From Candidatus Omnitrophota bacterium (GTDB lineage: Bacteria; Omnitrophota; Gorgyraeia; Gygaellales; Profunditerraquicolaceae): 64,000 nucleotides of DNA. This document shows, in pieces, positions 1 through 10,235 of the stretch (its first letter is position 1; each line of letters starts with the position of its first letter). Under the pieces are notes generated by a model. It was not told the origin of the DNA, searched no databases, and was given only the letters and a program-made list of their open reading frames with translations. Position numbers and translations under genes: made by a program. Location: positions 68,554 through 132,553 of the forward strand of contig JAUSED010000008.1 in assembly GCA_030650425.1 (NCBI GenBank). Reading direction: 5' to 3'.

Positions 1-1
1 C

Positions 2-826
2 TTGGATATTAGCAAGCTAAAAATCGTTTTTAACAGCAAGTGGTTTGAAAAAATGAAGGGCCAAGAGTTCGGGATGCTGCTTACCCACTATACAGCTAAT
101 AAAATGCTAGATCGTGAAGATTTTAGTCAGAGAAGGGCTAACAAAAAACCCGTATATATATCTGAGTTTATTTACCCCATACTTCAAGGGTATGATTCGG
201 TAATGCTTAAGGCAGATGTGGAATTAGGCGGGACCGACCAGATATTTAACCTTTTAGTTGGACGCGACCTGCAGGTGGATTTTAAACAACCTCAGCAGGT
301 AGTCATAACTATGCCGCTTTTAGAAGGGACCGACGGCGTCCAGAAAATGAGTAAGTCCTACGCTAACTATATCGGCATAAGTGAACCGACTAAAGAGATC
401 TTCGGAAAGATTATGTCTATCTCCGACGAGCTTATGCTAAAATATTACGAATTATTGACCGATGAAAATATGGATAGTATCAGAAAAATGCATCCTAAGC
501 AAGCCAAGGTAAATTTAGCTAAGCTGATCATCGCGCAATACCATTCAAAACCTGCCGCGGAAAAAGAGGCCGTGGAATTTGAGCGCGTCTTCTCGCAAAA
601 AGAAATACCGCAGGAAATCATCAAGTTTAAAACTGACGGTAAGAAAAAGATTATCATTATTCTTACTGAGAGCGGGCTGGCCGCAAGCGGTAACGAAGCC
701 CGTAGATTAATTAAGCAGGGAGCGGTAACCTTCGATAGCCAAAAAATAGAAAAGGAAGATTTTACGCCCAAGACGAGCGGTATTCTTAAGGCCGGCTCTC
801 GCAGGTTCTTGAAGATTATAATATGA
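2..826 (+). CDS. tyrS: Tyrosyl-tRNA synthetase, 5'-truncated by the window edge
   Basis: YPILQGYDS, ELGGTDQ and KMSKS motifs; C-terminal S4-like domain (SGNEARRLIKQGAV). Confidence 0.96.
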   Translation: MDISKLKIVFNSKWFEKMKGQEFGMLLTHYTANKMLDREDFSQRRANKKPVYISEFIYPILQGYDSVMLKADVELGGTDQIFNLLVGRDLQVDFKQPQQVVITMPLLEGTDGVQKMSKSYANYIGISEPTKEIFGKIMSISDELMLKYYELLTDENMDSIRKMHPKQAKVNLAKLIIAQYHSKPAAEKEAVEFERVFSQKEIPQEIIKFKTDGKKKIIIILTESGLAASGNEARRLIKQGAVTFDSQKIEKEDFTPKTSGILKAGSRRFLKIII

Positions 827-1083
827 TCTCCACCCTCATCGGCTTAAGCGCCGCCACCTTAACTATGTTTTCCTTTATCCCGCAGATAGCTAGAGCGCTG
901 CGGACTAAATCTGTCAAAGATGTCAGCCCGGTTACCTTGTTTCAGCTTTCGCTGGGGGTGTGCTTATGGATAATCTACGGGGTTTTACGGAAAGATCCGG
1001 TAATCATAACCGCGAATGTGGTAACTTTAATCAGCCTGGGAATACTCATATTTTTGTTTTTTAAATATGGGAGAGAAAAATGA
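823..1083 (+). CDS. SemiSWEET / PQ-loop (MtN3) family small transporter
   Basis: 86 aa with three hydrophobic segments; FIPQI (PQ motif), DVS, W..YG and ANVVT pattern; ATGA overlaps with both neighbours. Confidence 0.85.
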   Translation: MISTLIGLSAATLTMFSFIPQIARALRTKSVKDVSPVTLFQLSLGVCLWIIYGVLRKDPVIITANVVTLISLGILIFLFFKYGREK

Positions 1084-1946
1084 AAGGGATAATCTTAGCC
1101 GGCGGTAAAGCTACGCGGCTTTACCCGATTACTAAAGGTATATGTAAACAGCTGCTGCCTATTTACGATAAACCGATGATTTATTATCCGCTTTCGGTTT
1201 TAATGCTGGCTGGGATTAGGGATATTTTAGTTATTTCTACGCTTAAAGATACTCCTCGGTTTCGGGACTTGTTGGGAGACGGGAGGGGCCTGGGGATCAG
1301 ACTTTCTTATGCCGTGCAGCCTGAGCCAAAAGGCATTGCTCAAAGTTTTATTATCGCCGAAGAATTCATCGGCAGAGAGAGCGTTTCGCTTATTTTAGGA
1401 GATAATGTATTCTACGGCCATAATTTAAGCGAGCTCTTGCGGGAGGCGGCCAAGCTAAAAAACGGGGCGCTGGTTTTTGGTTATTATGTTAAAGACCCAG
1501 GCCGTTACGGCGTGGTTGAATTTAATAAAAAATGCAAGGTGGTTTCTATCGCGGAAAAGCCCAGGAAGCCAAAATCAAATTGGGTGGTTTCGGGGTTATA
1601 TTTTTATGATAACAAAGTCGTGGATATTGCCAAGAAACTCAGGCCTTCCAGCCGCGGAGAACTGGAAATCACTTCGGTTAATAATGAATACATCAAACGC
1701 GGAAAACTGAAGGTGCAATTTCTCGGCCGGGGCCACGCTTGGCTCGATACAGGCACCTACGAATCTTTGATTGATGCCTCCATCTTTATTAAGACGATCG
1801 AGGAGAGGCAGGGGTTAAAGATCGGCTGTATTGAAGAGGTTAGCTATCGCATGGGATATATCAATAAAAAACAACTTTTTAACTTAGCTAACCAGATACC
1901 TACAAGCTACGGCGAATATTTAAAGGATTTACTGAAGCAGCAGTAG
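1080..1946 (+). CDS. rmlA: Glucose-1-phosphate thymidylyltransferase
   Basis: [40 protein letters not shown] and WLDTGT motifs. Confidence 0.96.
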   Translation: MKGIILAGGKATRLYPITKGICKQLLPIYDKPMIYYPLSVLMLAGIRDILVISTLKDTPRFRDLLGDGRGLGIRLSYAVQPEPKGIAQSFIIAEEFIGRESVSLILGDNVFYGHNLSELLREAAKLKNGALVFGYYVKDPGRYGVVEFNKKCKVVSIAEKPRKPKSNWVVSGLYFYDNKVVDIAKKLRPSSRGELEITSVNNEYIKRGKLKVQFLGRGHAWLDTGTYESLIDASIFIKTIEERQGLKIGCIEEVSYRMGYINKKQLFNLANQIPTSYGEYLKDLLKQQ

Positions 1947-2039
1947 GGAAGCGGCAGTAGGGGACACTTTCCTACGTTCGTTTACTGCTTGTTGGAAAGT
2001 GTCCCCTACTGCTGTCGAAGTCTGGAAAATGTCCCCTAG
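1940..2039. repeat. REP-like intergenic palindromic element: perfect 19-bp inverted repeat plus two partial copies
   Basis: GCAGTAGGGGACACTTTCC (1954-1972) and its exact reverse complement GGAAAGTGTCCCCTACTGC (1994-2012); partial copies GCAGTAGGG (1940-1948) and GGAAAATGTCCCCTAG (2024-2039). Confidence 0.85.
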
Positions 2040-2048
2040 GATGCTAAA

Positions 2049-2870
2049 ATGAACAAAAAAATCCTTATACTGGGTAAAGGCTTTATCGGCGAGAGGCTGC
2101 AAAGGGCGCTGAATTGCCGGATTTCCGGAAAATTCATAAGATCTTTTGCTGATGCCGATAAAATAATCAGGCAATATAAACCTAGGGTAATCATTAATTG
2201 TATCGGTATAACGGGAAAGAGGAATGTTGATGATTGCGAACTGGAAAAAGACACAACTTTACTGGCAAATAGTTTTGTCCCGTTAATGCTGGCGGAAGCC
2301 GCGCTGCGTAATAATATCAAGCTGGTGCATATCTCTACCGGCTGTATATTTAATTTTGATTACGCTAGAAATAAGCCCATTAAAGAAGAAACTCTGCCGG
2401 ATTTTTTTGATTTATTCTATAGCCGTTCCAAGATTTATTCGGATATAGCGTTAGAAGCGTTAAGTAAGAAATACAATATTTTAATCGCACGCCTGCGTAT
2501 CCCGCTATTAAATGAATCTCATCCCAAAAACCTTCTGGATAAATTGATCAAGTATAAGCAAGTAATCGATATCCCCAATTCCGTAACCTATATCCCTGAT
2601 TTTGTCCGAGCGCTAAAACACTTGATTAAAATTAATGCCAGAGGATCCTATAACATAGTTAATAAGGGAGGCTTGCGGTATCCTAAACTTATGGATATAT
2701 ATAAAAAACATGTTCCCGGTTTTAGTTATGAAAAAATAGATTTCCATAAATTGAGTTTGACTCGCACAAATCTAATTATGTCCACGCGTAAACTTGAAAA
2801 GAGCGGTTTTAAAGTCCGTAAGATTGATTCTGTGTTGGAAGAATGCGTAAAAGAATACCTAAAATCTTAG
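2049..2870 (+). CDS. RmlD-family NDP-4-keto-6-deoxyglucose reductase, resembling bifunctional 3,5-epimerase/4-reductase (NRS/ER type)
   Basis: GKGFIG Rossmann motif; GITGKRNVDDCE, HISTGCIF and FYSRSK motifs; lies between rmlA and rmlB. Confidence 0.75.
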   Translation: MNKKILILGKGFIGERLQRALNCRISGKFIRSFADADKIIRQYKPRVIINCIGITGKRNVDDCELEKDTTLLANSFVPLMLAEAALRNNIKLVHISTGCIFNFDYARNKPIKEETLPDFFDLFYSRSKIYSDIALEALSKKYNILIARLRIPLLNESHPKNLLDKLIKYKQVIDIPNSVTYIPDFVRALKHLIKINARGSYNIVNKGGLRYPKLMDIYKKHVPGFSYEKIDFHKLSLTRTNLIMSTRKLEKSGFKVRKIDSVLEECVKEYLKS

Positions 2871-3886
2871 TCACCGGAGGCGCGGGGTTTATCGCTAGCG
2901 CCTTTGCGCGATCAGTCATTGCGAGGAGCGAAGCGACGAAGCAATCTCCGTTTCTTCAGGTTATAGTTGTCGATAACCTCACCTACGCCGGCGATTTAAA
3001 ACGCCTCGGACGAAAAAGGGGACTGTCCCCGAAGGGGACTGTCCCCTTTTTCTATAAGGTAGATATTTGCGACAAAAAACAAATTGCGCGTATCTTTAAA
3101 AAAGAAAAACCTGATATCGTGGTTAACTTTGCCGCCGAAACCCACGTCGATAGAAGTATCTTAGATGGAGACAAATTTCTCACGACAAATATTCTCGGTA
3201 CACAAAACCTACTGGAAGCGGCCAAGGAATTTGGCATAAGCCGTTTTGTGCATATTTCAACCGATGAAGTTTATGGGGATATAAAAAGAGGCAGGTTTAC
3301 GGAGAATTCTCCTTTAAATCCAAGTTCACCGTATTCCGCGAGCAAGGCCAGCGCGGATTTATTGGTTAAATCATATATCAGGACCTACAAATTCCCAGCT
3401 ATAATCGTCCGTCCTTCCAATAATTACGGGCCTTGGCAATATCCCGAAAAATTAATTCCGGTAATAATTTACAAAGCTATAAAAAATGAAAAAGTTCCTA
3501 TTTATGCCAAAGGCTTGAATGTGCGCGAATGGCTCTATGTTGATGATTGCGCCAGCGCGATTTCAAAAATATTGGAAAAGGGTAAACCCGGTGAAATTTA
3601 TAATATCGGTTCAGGAAACGAATGTAAGAATATCGAAGTGGTAAAGAAAATTCTTGATATTTTGGGAAAACCGCATAGCCTGATTAAATTCGTCCAGGAC
3701 CGTCCCGGCCATGATATCCGTTATTCTCTGGATTCTTCTAAGATAAGAAGAGAACTTGGTTGGTCGCCGGAGATAAGCTTTGATACAGGGATTAAAAAAA
3801 CAGTTAATTGGTATGTCGCTAACTTCTCTTGGCTTGAAACAAAGGCTAAAATTTTAAGAAATTACTGGAAGAAGGTGTATAAATAA
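2843..3886 (+). CDS. rmlB: dTDP-glucose 4,6-dehydratase containing two in-frame palindromic elements
   Basis: [44 protein letters not shown] and DRPGHD motifs. Confidence 0.95.
   Translation: MRKRIPKILVTGGAGFIASAFARSVIARSEATKQSPFLQVIVVDNLTYAGDLKRLGRKRGLSPKGTVPFFYKVDICDKKQIARIFKKEKPDIVVNFAAETHVDRSILDGDKFLTTNILGTQNLLEAAKEFGISRFVHISTDEVYGDIKRGRFTENSPLNPSSPYSASKASADLLVKSYIRTYKFPAIIVRPSNNYGPWQYPEKLIPVIIYKAIKNEKVPIYAKGLNVREWLYVDDCASAISKILEKGKPGEIYNIGSGNECKNIEVVKKILDILGKPHSLIKFVQDRPGHDIRYSLDSSKIRRELGWSPEISFDTGIKKTVNWYVANFSWLETKAKILRNYWKKVYK
2915..2948. repeat. REP-like palindromic element inside rmlB (encodes [11 protein letters not shown])
   Basis: GTCATTGCGAGGAGCGAAGCGACGAAGCAATCTC with ATTGC/GCAAT arms; matches, from memory, a repeat usually found between genes. 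Confidence 0.7.
3012..3052. repeat. Nested palindromic element inside rmlB (encodes [13 protein letters not shown])
   Basis: GAAAAAGGGGAC...GTCCCCTTTTTC perfect 12-bp arms; two tandem GGGGAC-T-GTCCCC palindromes at 3018-3030 and 3034-3046. Confidence 0.85.
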
Positions 3887-4944
3887 TGGCGATTGTCTTA
3901 GTTACCGGTTCTTGCGGTTTAATCGGCTCTGAAACCGTAAGTTTCTTCGCCGAAAAAGGTTTTGATGTTGTGGGAATTGATAATAATATGCGTAAGTTAT
4001 TTTTCGGAGAAGACGGTTCCGTGCTTTGGAACCTAATGCGCATTAAGGCAAAATATAAGAACTACAAACATTATTCCGCGGATATCCGACGAGAAAATCA
4101 AATTAATAAAATATTTAAAAAATATGCTTCAGATATCGCGCTAATCGTCCATGCCGCGGCCCAGCCTTCACACGATTGGGCAGCCAAAGATCCGATGATC
4201 GATTTTGGGGTGAACGCGGCCGGAACATTGATTCTTCTGGAAGCCTTGCGTAAGTTCTGCCCTCAAGCGGTTTTCATTTTTATCTCTACCAATAAAGTTT
4301 ACGGTGATACTCCGAACCGCCTGCCGCTGATTGAAAGAGAAAAGCGTTTTGAGCTTCCGACAGATCATAAATTTTATAAAGGGATTGATGAATCGATGAA
4401 TATTGATCAGTCTCTGCATTCGGTTTTCGGGGCGTCAAAGGTAAGCGCTGATATTATGACTCAGGAATACGGCAGGTATTTTGGGCTTAAAACCGGCATA
4501 TTCCGCGGCGGCTGCCTTACCGGCCCGTTACATTCCGGAGCCCAATTACACGGTTTCTTGTCTTATTTTGTAAAATGCGCAATTACCGGCCGTAAATATA
4601 TGATTTACGGGTATAAAGGCAAACAGGTGCGGGATAATATTCATTCCTACGATTTGGTGAATGCGTTTTATCATTTCTTCAAAGCGCCGCGCTCCGGCCA
4701 AGTATATAACATCGGCGGCAGCAGGCTTGCCAATATTTCCATCTTAGAGGCGATTGATTTGTGCGAAAAAATAAGCGGCAGGAAATTTAATTATGAATAC
4801 GTGGATAAAAACAGGATCGGCGACCATATCTGGTGGATAAGCGACGTCTCCAAATTCAAATCGCATTATCCCGGATGGCAATACAAATTCGGCATAGAGG
4901 ATACGATGCAACAGATTTACCAAGCGCAGAAAGAATTGTTATGA
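3886..4944 (+). CDS. NAD-dependent epimerase/dehydratase, CDP-paratose 2-epimerase (RfbE)-like
   Basis: [30 protein letters not shown] and GKQVRD motifs. Confidence 0.8.
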   Translation: MAIVLVTGSCGLIGSETVSFFAEKGFDVVGIDNNMRKLFFGEDGSVLWNLMRIKAKYKNYKHYSADIRRENQINKIFKKYASDIALIVHAAAQPSHDWAAKDPMIDFGVNAAGTLILLEALRKFCPQAVFIFISTNKVYGDTPNRLPLIEREKRFELPTDHKFYKGIDESMNIDQSLHSVFGASKVSADIMTQEYGRYFGLKTGIFRGGCLTGPLHSGAQLHGFLSYFVKCAITGRKYMIYGYKGKQVRDNIHSYDLVNAFYHFFKAPRSGQVYNIGGSRLANISILEAIDLCEKISGRKFNYEYVDKNRIGDHIWWISDVSKFKSHYPGWQYKFGIEDTMQQIYQAQKELL

Positions 4945-5978
4945 AATATAAAAGTTTACTGATTACCGGCGGCGCGGGTTTTATCGGCAGCAACTTAGCG
5001 GTCTATTTTAAGCGTAAATTTCCGTTTCTTAAGGTGTTTGTTTTAGATAATCTGGTGCGCCGGGGAAGTGAATTTAATTTGCCGCGGCTTAAAGAAAACG
5101 GCATTAAATTTATCCGCGGGGATATTCGGCGTCCTAAAGACCTTGATTTGAAGTTTGAAATAGACTTGATATTGGAATGTTCTGCGGAGCCCTCGGTATT
5201 GGCAGGTTATCAGAATCCAGCCTATATTATTGACACAAATCTGATCGGCACGGTTAATTGCCTTGAGTTGTGCCGCAAGCGTAAAGCGGGGATGATTTTT
5301 CTTTCTACCAGCAGGGTTTATCCTTATGAAAAAATAAACGCGATTAGGCGCCTGGAAACAAAAAGCAGGTTTGAATGGCCGCGTTCTTCCGGTATTGGCG
5401 CGGATTTTTCTCTGACCGGACCAAAGACTTTATACGGCGCGACTAAACTGGCGTCGGAATTCATCCTTCAGGAGTATATTGCCGCATACGGCATCAGAGC
5501 GGTTGTGAATCGTTGCGCAGTGGTTGCCGGACCGTGGCAGTTTGGCAAGGTTGACCAAGGTGTGTTTACCTACTGGATGCTGGCGCACTATTTTAAGAAA
5601 CCGCTTAAATATATCGGTTTTGGCGGGCAGGGAAAGCAGGTGCGCGATCTTTTACACGTTGATGACCTTTGCCGGTTAATTGGCTTGCAGGCAAACATCC
5701 TTTCTCAATTAAGCGGTAATACCTATAATGTCGGCGGCGCAAGAGAGGTAAGCCTTTCTTTGTTGGAGGCCACCGCGCTTTGCCGGCAGATTACCGGTAA
5801 CAAGATTAAAGTAGGACGAAACCCGCGTAACCGGCCGGGAGATATCGCGATATACCTTACAGACAACCAGAAAGTTACCCGGGAACTGAAATGGAAACCG
5901 CAGAAGCCGGCAGCAATGATTCTAAATGATATCTTTAACTGGATTAGAGATAATGAATCACAGCTAAGAGAGCTATAG
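4941..5978 (+). CDS. NAD-dependent epimerase/dehydratase, second RfbE-like paralog
   Basis: [20 protein letters not shown] and GKQVRDLLH motifs; start set at the ATGA overlap at 4941 rather than the ORF-track start at 4833. Confidence 0.8.
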   Translation: MKYKSLLITGGAGFIGSNLAVYFKRKFPFLKVFVLDNLVRRGSEFNLPRLKENGIKFIRGDIRRPKDLDLKFEIDLILECSAEPSVLAGYQNPAYIIDTNLIGTVNCLELCRKRKAGMIFLSTSRVYPYEKINAIRRLETKSRFEWPRSSGIGADFSLTGPKTLYGATKLASEFILQEYIAAYGIRAVVNRCAVVAGPWQFGKVDQGVFTYWMLAHYFKKPLKYIGFGGQGKQVRDLLHVDDLCRLIGLQANILSQLSGNTYNVGGAREVSLSLLEATALCRQITGNKIKVGRNPRNRPGDIAIYLTDNQKVTRELKWKPQKPAAMILNDIFNWIRDNESQLREL

Positions 5979-5984
5979 TGAATA

Positions 5985-6725
5985 ATGCTTAAGGATACAC
6001 TCCGCAAGCGTTTTATTGCCGTCGAATCCGACACTCTGGTTATCGAAACAATCCAAACCGAATCAAAAACCCTCCGTCAGCGCCTACGCGTGCTTAGGCT
6101 TAAAGGCACTTGGCGCGCTAATATCCAGAATGAGCTTTGTTTTGATGCTGTCCTGCGTAGGGGTCCGCCGGAGCACTATTCCTTCAAAGGAACTTGGAAG
6201 TTAAACAATAACCAACAGATCGAATATAACTGCGGCGAAGGCCCGGACGTCTTGACCTTCAAAGGCCACTGGGGTATATCTTCGGCTAATCGGCTTGTTT
6301 ATGCTTTGGAAGGCAGTTCAACCTCGCGTTTTGAATTTAAAGTCCAGCTTGAATCGTCAACACTTTATCCTAAAGCAGGCCAGATCCGCTACCGTATTGG
6401 CATAGGCGCGCGGAAAAATCGCCTGACTGCGGCAGGCCAGATGCTTATTCTTTATGGCGAATGGAAGTTTGGCCGCGATTTGGGGTTAATTTTCCAGATG
6501 AATTATGGGCAAGGAAGAGTTAAATCTATTGTTTTTGGGGCAGAGGTGACCTTTGATCACAATAAGCTTATTTTCGCGCTTAGAAATGAGTTTGGCGAGA
6601 CTTTAGGCCTAACCCTTACTATGACGCATCAATTCTTAGAAGATCTTGATACCGAAGCCTTTATCAGGCTGAAATCCCGCCGCAATGAACAGGCAATAGA
6701 AGTCGGAATAACCATTCCTTTTTGA
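5985..6725 (+). CDS. Hypothetical beta-rich protein with four internal (L/F)KGxW repeats
   Basis: 246-aa ORF tightly coupled to the upstream gene; repeated motif visible; ends in EVGITIPF. Confidence 0.6.
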   Translation: MLKDTLRKRFIAVESDTLVIETIQTESKTLRQRLRVLRLKGTWRANIQNELCFDAVLRRGPPEHYSFKGTWKLNNNQQIEYNCGEGPDVLTFKGHWGISSANRLVYALEGSSTSRFEFKVQLESSTLYPKAGQIRYRIGIGARKNRLTAAGQMLILYGEWKFGRDLGLIFQMNYGQGRVKSIVFGAEVTFDHNKLIFALRNEFGETLGLTLTMTHQFLEDLDTEAFIRLKSRRNEQAIEVGITIPF

Positions 6726-6755
6726 GCAAAAAACACTTTATTCCCAAGGCTTTAA

Positions 6756-6764
6756 TGATATAAT
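6756..6764 (+). promoter_or_regulatory. Putative extended -10 promoter for the protease-gmd-fcl unit
   Basis: TGATATAAT matches the TGnTATAAT consensus in an AT-rich intergenic gap of about 100 bp; -35 match is weak. Confidence 0.5.
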
Positions 6765-6824
6765 ATTAATTCTTAATAATGCCGTCATTGTGAGCGATCG
6801 ATTCCATTATAATGAAGGTTTAAT

Positions 6825-7559
6825 ATGTCAAAACACTATGGTTGGTTACCGGACATTCCGGATAAGCGCGATTTACTCTACAGCGCCATCAAGCCCCGCG
6901 TCAGGCTTCTTCCTAAAGTTGACTTACGCGCAAGCTGTTCGCAAGTTGAACAGCAGGGAAAATTAGGCAGCTGTACCGCCAATGCCCTTGCAGGGAACAT
7001 TGAATATCTGGATAATCTTGTTGATTCAACTTATACCGATGTCAGCCGTCTTTTTATTTATTATAACGAAAGAGAGCTTGAATACACGCAAGATTATGAT
7101 GCCGGGGCATCTTTGCGCGACGGTATAAAAACTTTGAGGAAAACCGGTTATTGCTGGGAGAAAACTTGGCCTTATAAAATCGCCTTATTTGATCAAAAGC
7201 CGCCGCTTCGCTGTTATGAAGAAGCCAAACAGCATTGTATCCAATCTTACCACCGAATTAATAATTTACTGGAGATGCTGGTTTGTTTGAGTCAAGGCTA
7301 TCCTTTTGTTTTTGGTTTTACCGTTTACGAAAGTTTTGAGAGCCTAGCCGTAAAACGCTCCGGCGTGGCGAATATGCCTAAAAGAGGAGAACGCGTTTTA
7401 GGAGGGCACGCGGTGATGGCAGTCGGCTACAATCAGCAAGAGAAGCGTTTTCTGGCGCGTAATTCCTGGGGGAGGCAATGGGGTAAGCAAGGTTATTTCA
7501 CCATGCCTTTTGAATATCTGGAAAGCTTAGCCGCCGATTTTTGGACGATACGGAAATAG
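6825..7559 (+). CDS. Papain-like cysteine protease, family C1A
   Basis: QGKLGSCTANA (Gln and catalytic Cys), GGHAVMAVGY (His), RNSWG (Asn); no signal peptide seen. Confidence 0.92.
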   Translation: MSKHYGWLPDIPDKRDLLYSAIKPRVRLLPKVDLRASCSQVEQQGKLGSCTANALAGNIEYLDNLVDSTYTDVSRLFIYYNERELEYTQDYDAGASLRDGIKTLRKTGYCWEKTWPYKIALFDQKPPLRCYEEAKQHCIQSYHRINNLLEMLVCLSQGYPFVFGFTVYESFESLAVKRSGVANMPKRGERVLGGHAVMAVGYNQQEKRFLARNSWGRQWGKQGYFTMPFEYLESLAADFWTIRK

Positions 7560-7568
7560 AGGAGTAAA

Positions 7569-9579
<2,011 letters not shown>

Positions 9580-9590
9580 GCACTTTTGAC

Positions 9591-9618
9591 TTGACAAAAC
9601 GGGTGTTTCTTGTACGAT
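9591..9618 (+). promoter_or_regulatory. Sigma70-type promoter of the large glycan locus
   Basis: TTGACA (9591-9596), 16-bp spacer, TACGAT (9613-9618), upstream of the regulator gene. Confidence 0.65.
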
Positions 9619-9619
9619 A

Positions 9620-9660
9620 TGTTCATTAATTGAACTGTTCATTTGTTCAGGTATTGAACA
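9620..9660. promoter_or_regulatory. Tandem palindromic operator boxes, TGTTCA-N5-TGAAC(A/T)
   Basis: TGTTCAttaatTGAACT (9620-9636) and TGTTCAggtatTGAACA (9644-9660), plus an extra TGTTCA half site at 9636-9641. Confidence 0.75.
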
Positions 9661-9678
9661 TCATAAGGGAGTAATTTT

Positions 9679-10218
9679 ATGCTTGATGAAAGAGATTTTG
9701 AGCTAATAAATATTATTGGTTCAGAAATTGCCTCCAACCAGCGTGACCTATCCCGCCAAATGAACCTTTCCTTAGGGATGACTAATATGCTTATCCGGCG
9801 GCTTCTTGCCAAAGGATATATTCGTATCCGTCAGTTGAATAAGAAAAAATTTGAGTATATCCTTACACCTGAAGGATTTAAAGAGAAGATGCGTAAATCC
9901 GTAAAATATACCTTAAAGACAATCAATTCAATTGGCCTGATTAAAGAGCGTTTTAATTCTTTATTTAAAGAGATATACGCGAAAGGCGAACGGAGATTTT
10001 TTATCCTTGGCGAGTCTGATTTGACTTTTTTAGTGGAGATGGTCATGCGCGAACTTTCTTTGAAGGATTGTTCTGTTGAGCGGATTAAAGATTTACCGAG
10101 TAATGGGATAAACGGGACTATTCTCGTCTGTCAAGAGGATATTTTTGATAAGATTACGGCTGATAATAAGGTTGATTTGATTCATGAATTGGCCAAGGAT
10201 TTAGTCCTAAAAAACTAA
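9679..10218 (+). CDS. Winged-helix MarR-type regulator, EPS-associated family
   Basis: SNQRDLSRQMNLSLGMTNMLIRRLLAKGYI helix-turn-helix; YILTPEG wing; heads the glycan locus. Confidence 0.85.
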   Translation: MLDERDFELINIIGSEIASNQRDLSRQMNLSLGMTNMLIRRLLAKGYIRIRQLNKKKFEYILTPEGFKEKMRKSVKYTLKTINSIGLIKERFNSLFKEIYAKGERRFFILGESDLTFLVEMVMRELSLKDCSVERIKDLPSNGINGTILVCQEDIFDKITADNKVDLIHELAKDLVLKN

Positions 10219-10235
10219 AATTATTGAGGAGACTT

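Noticed and set aside
1954-2012. Hairpin considered as an intrinsic terminator or CRISPR repeat
   Set aside because: No U-tract on either strand, a long loop, and no regularly spaced direct repeats or cas genes
4833-4940. Long N-terminal extensions in the ORF track (4833, 49981, 51881, 58715)
   Set aside because: They overlap upstream genes; downstream starts fit the RBS or stop/start coupling better
6782-6800. CCGTCATTGTGAGCGATCG resembles the 5' half of the repeat at 2915-2948
   Set aside because: Too short and degenerate, with no GCAATC arm; possibly a remnant but not supportable
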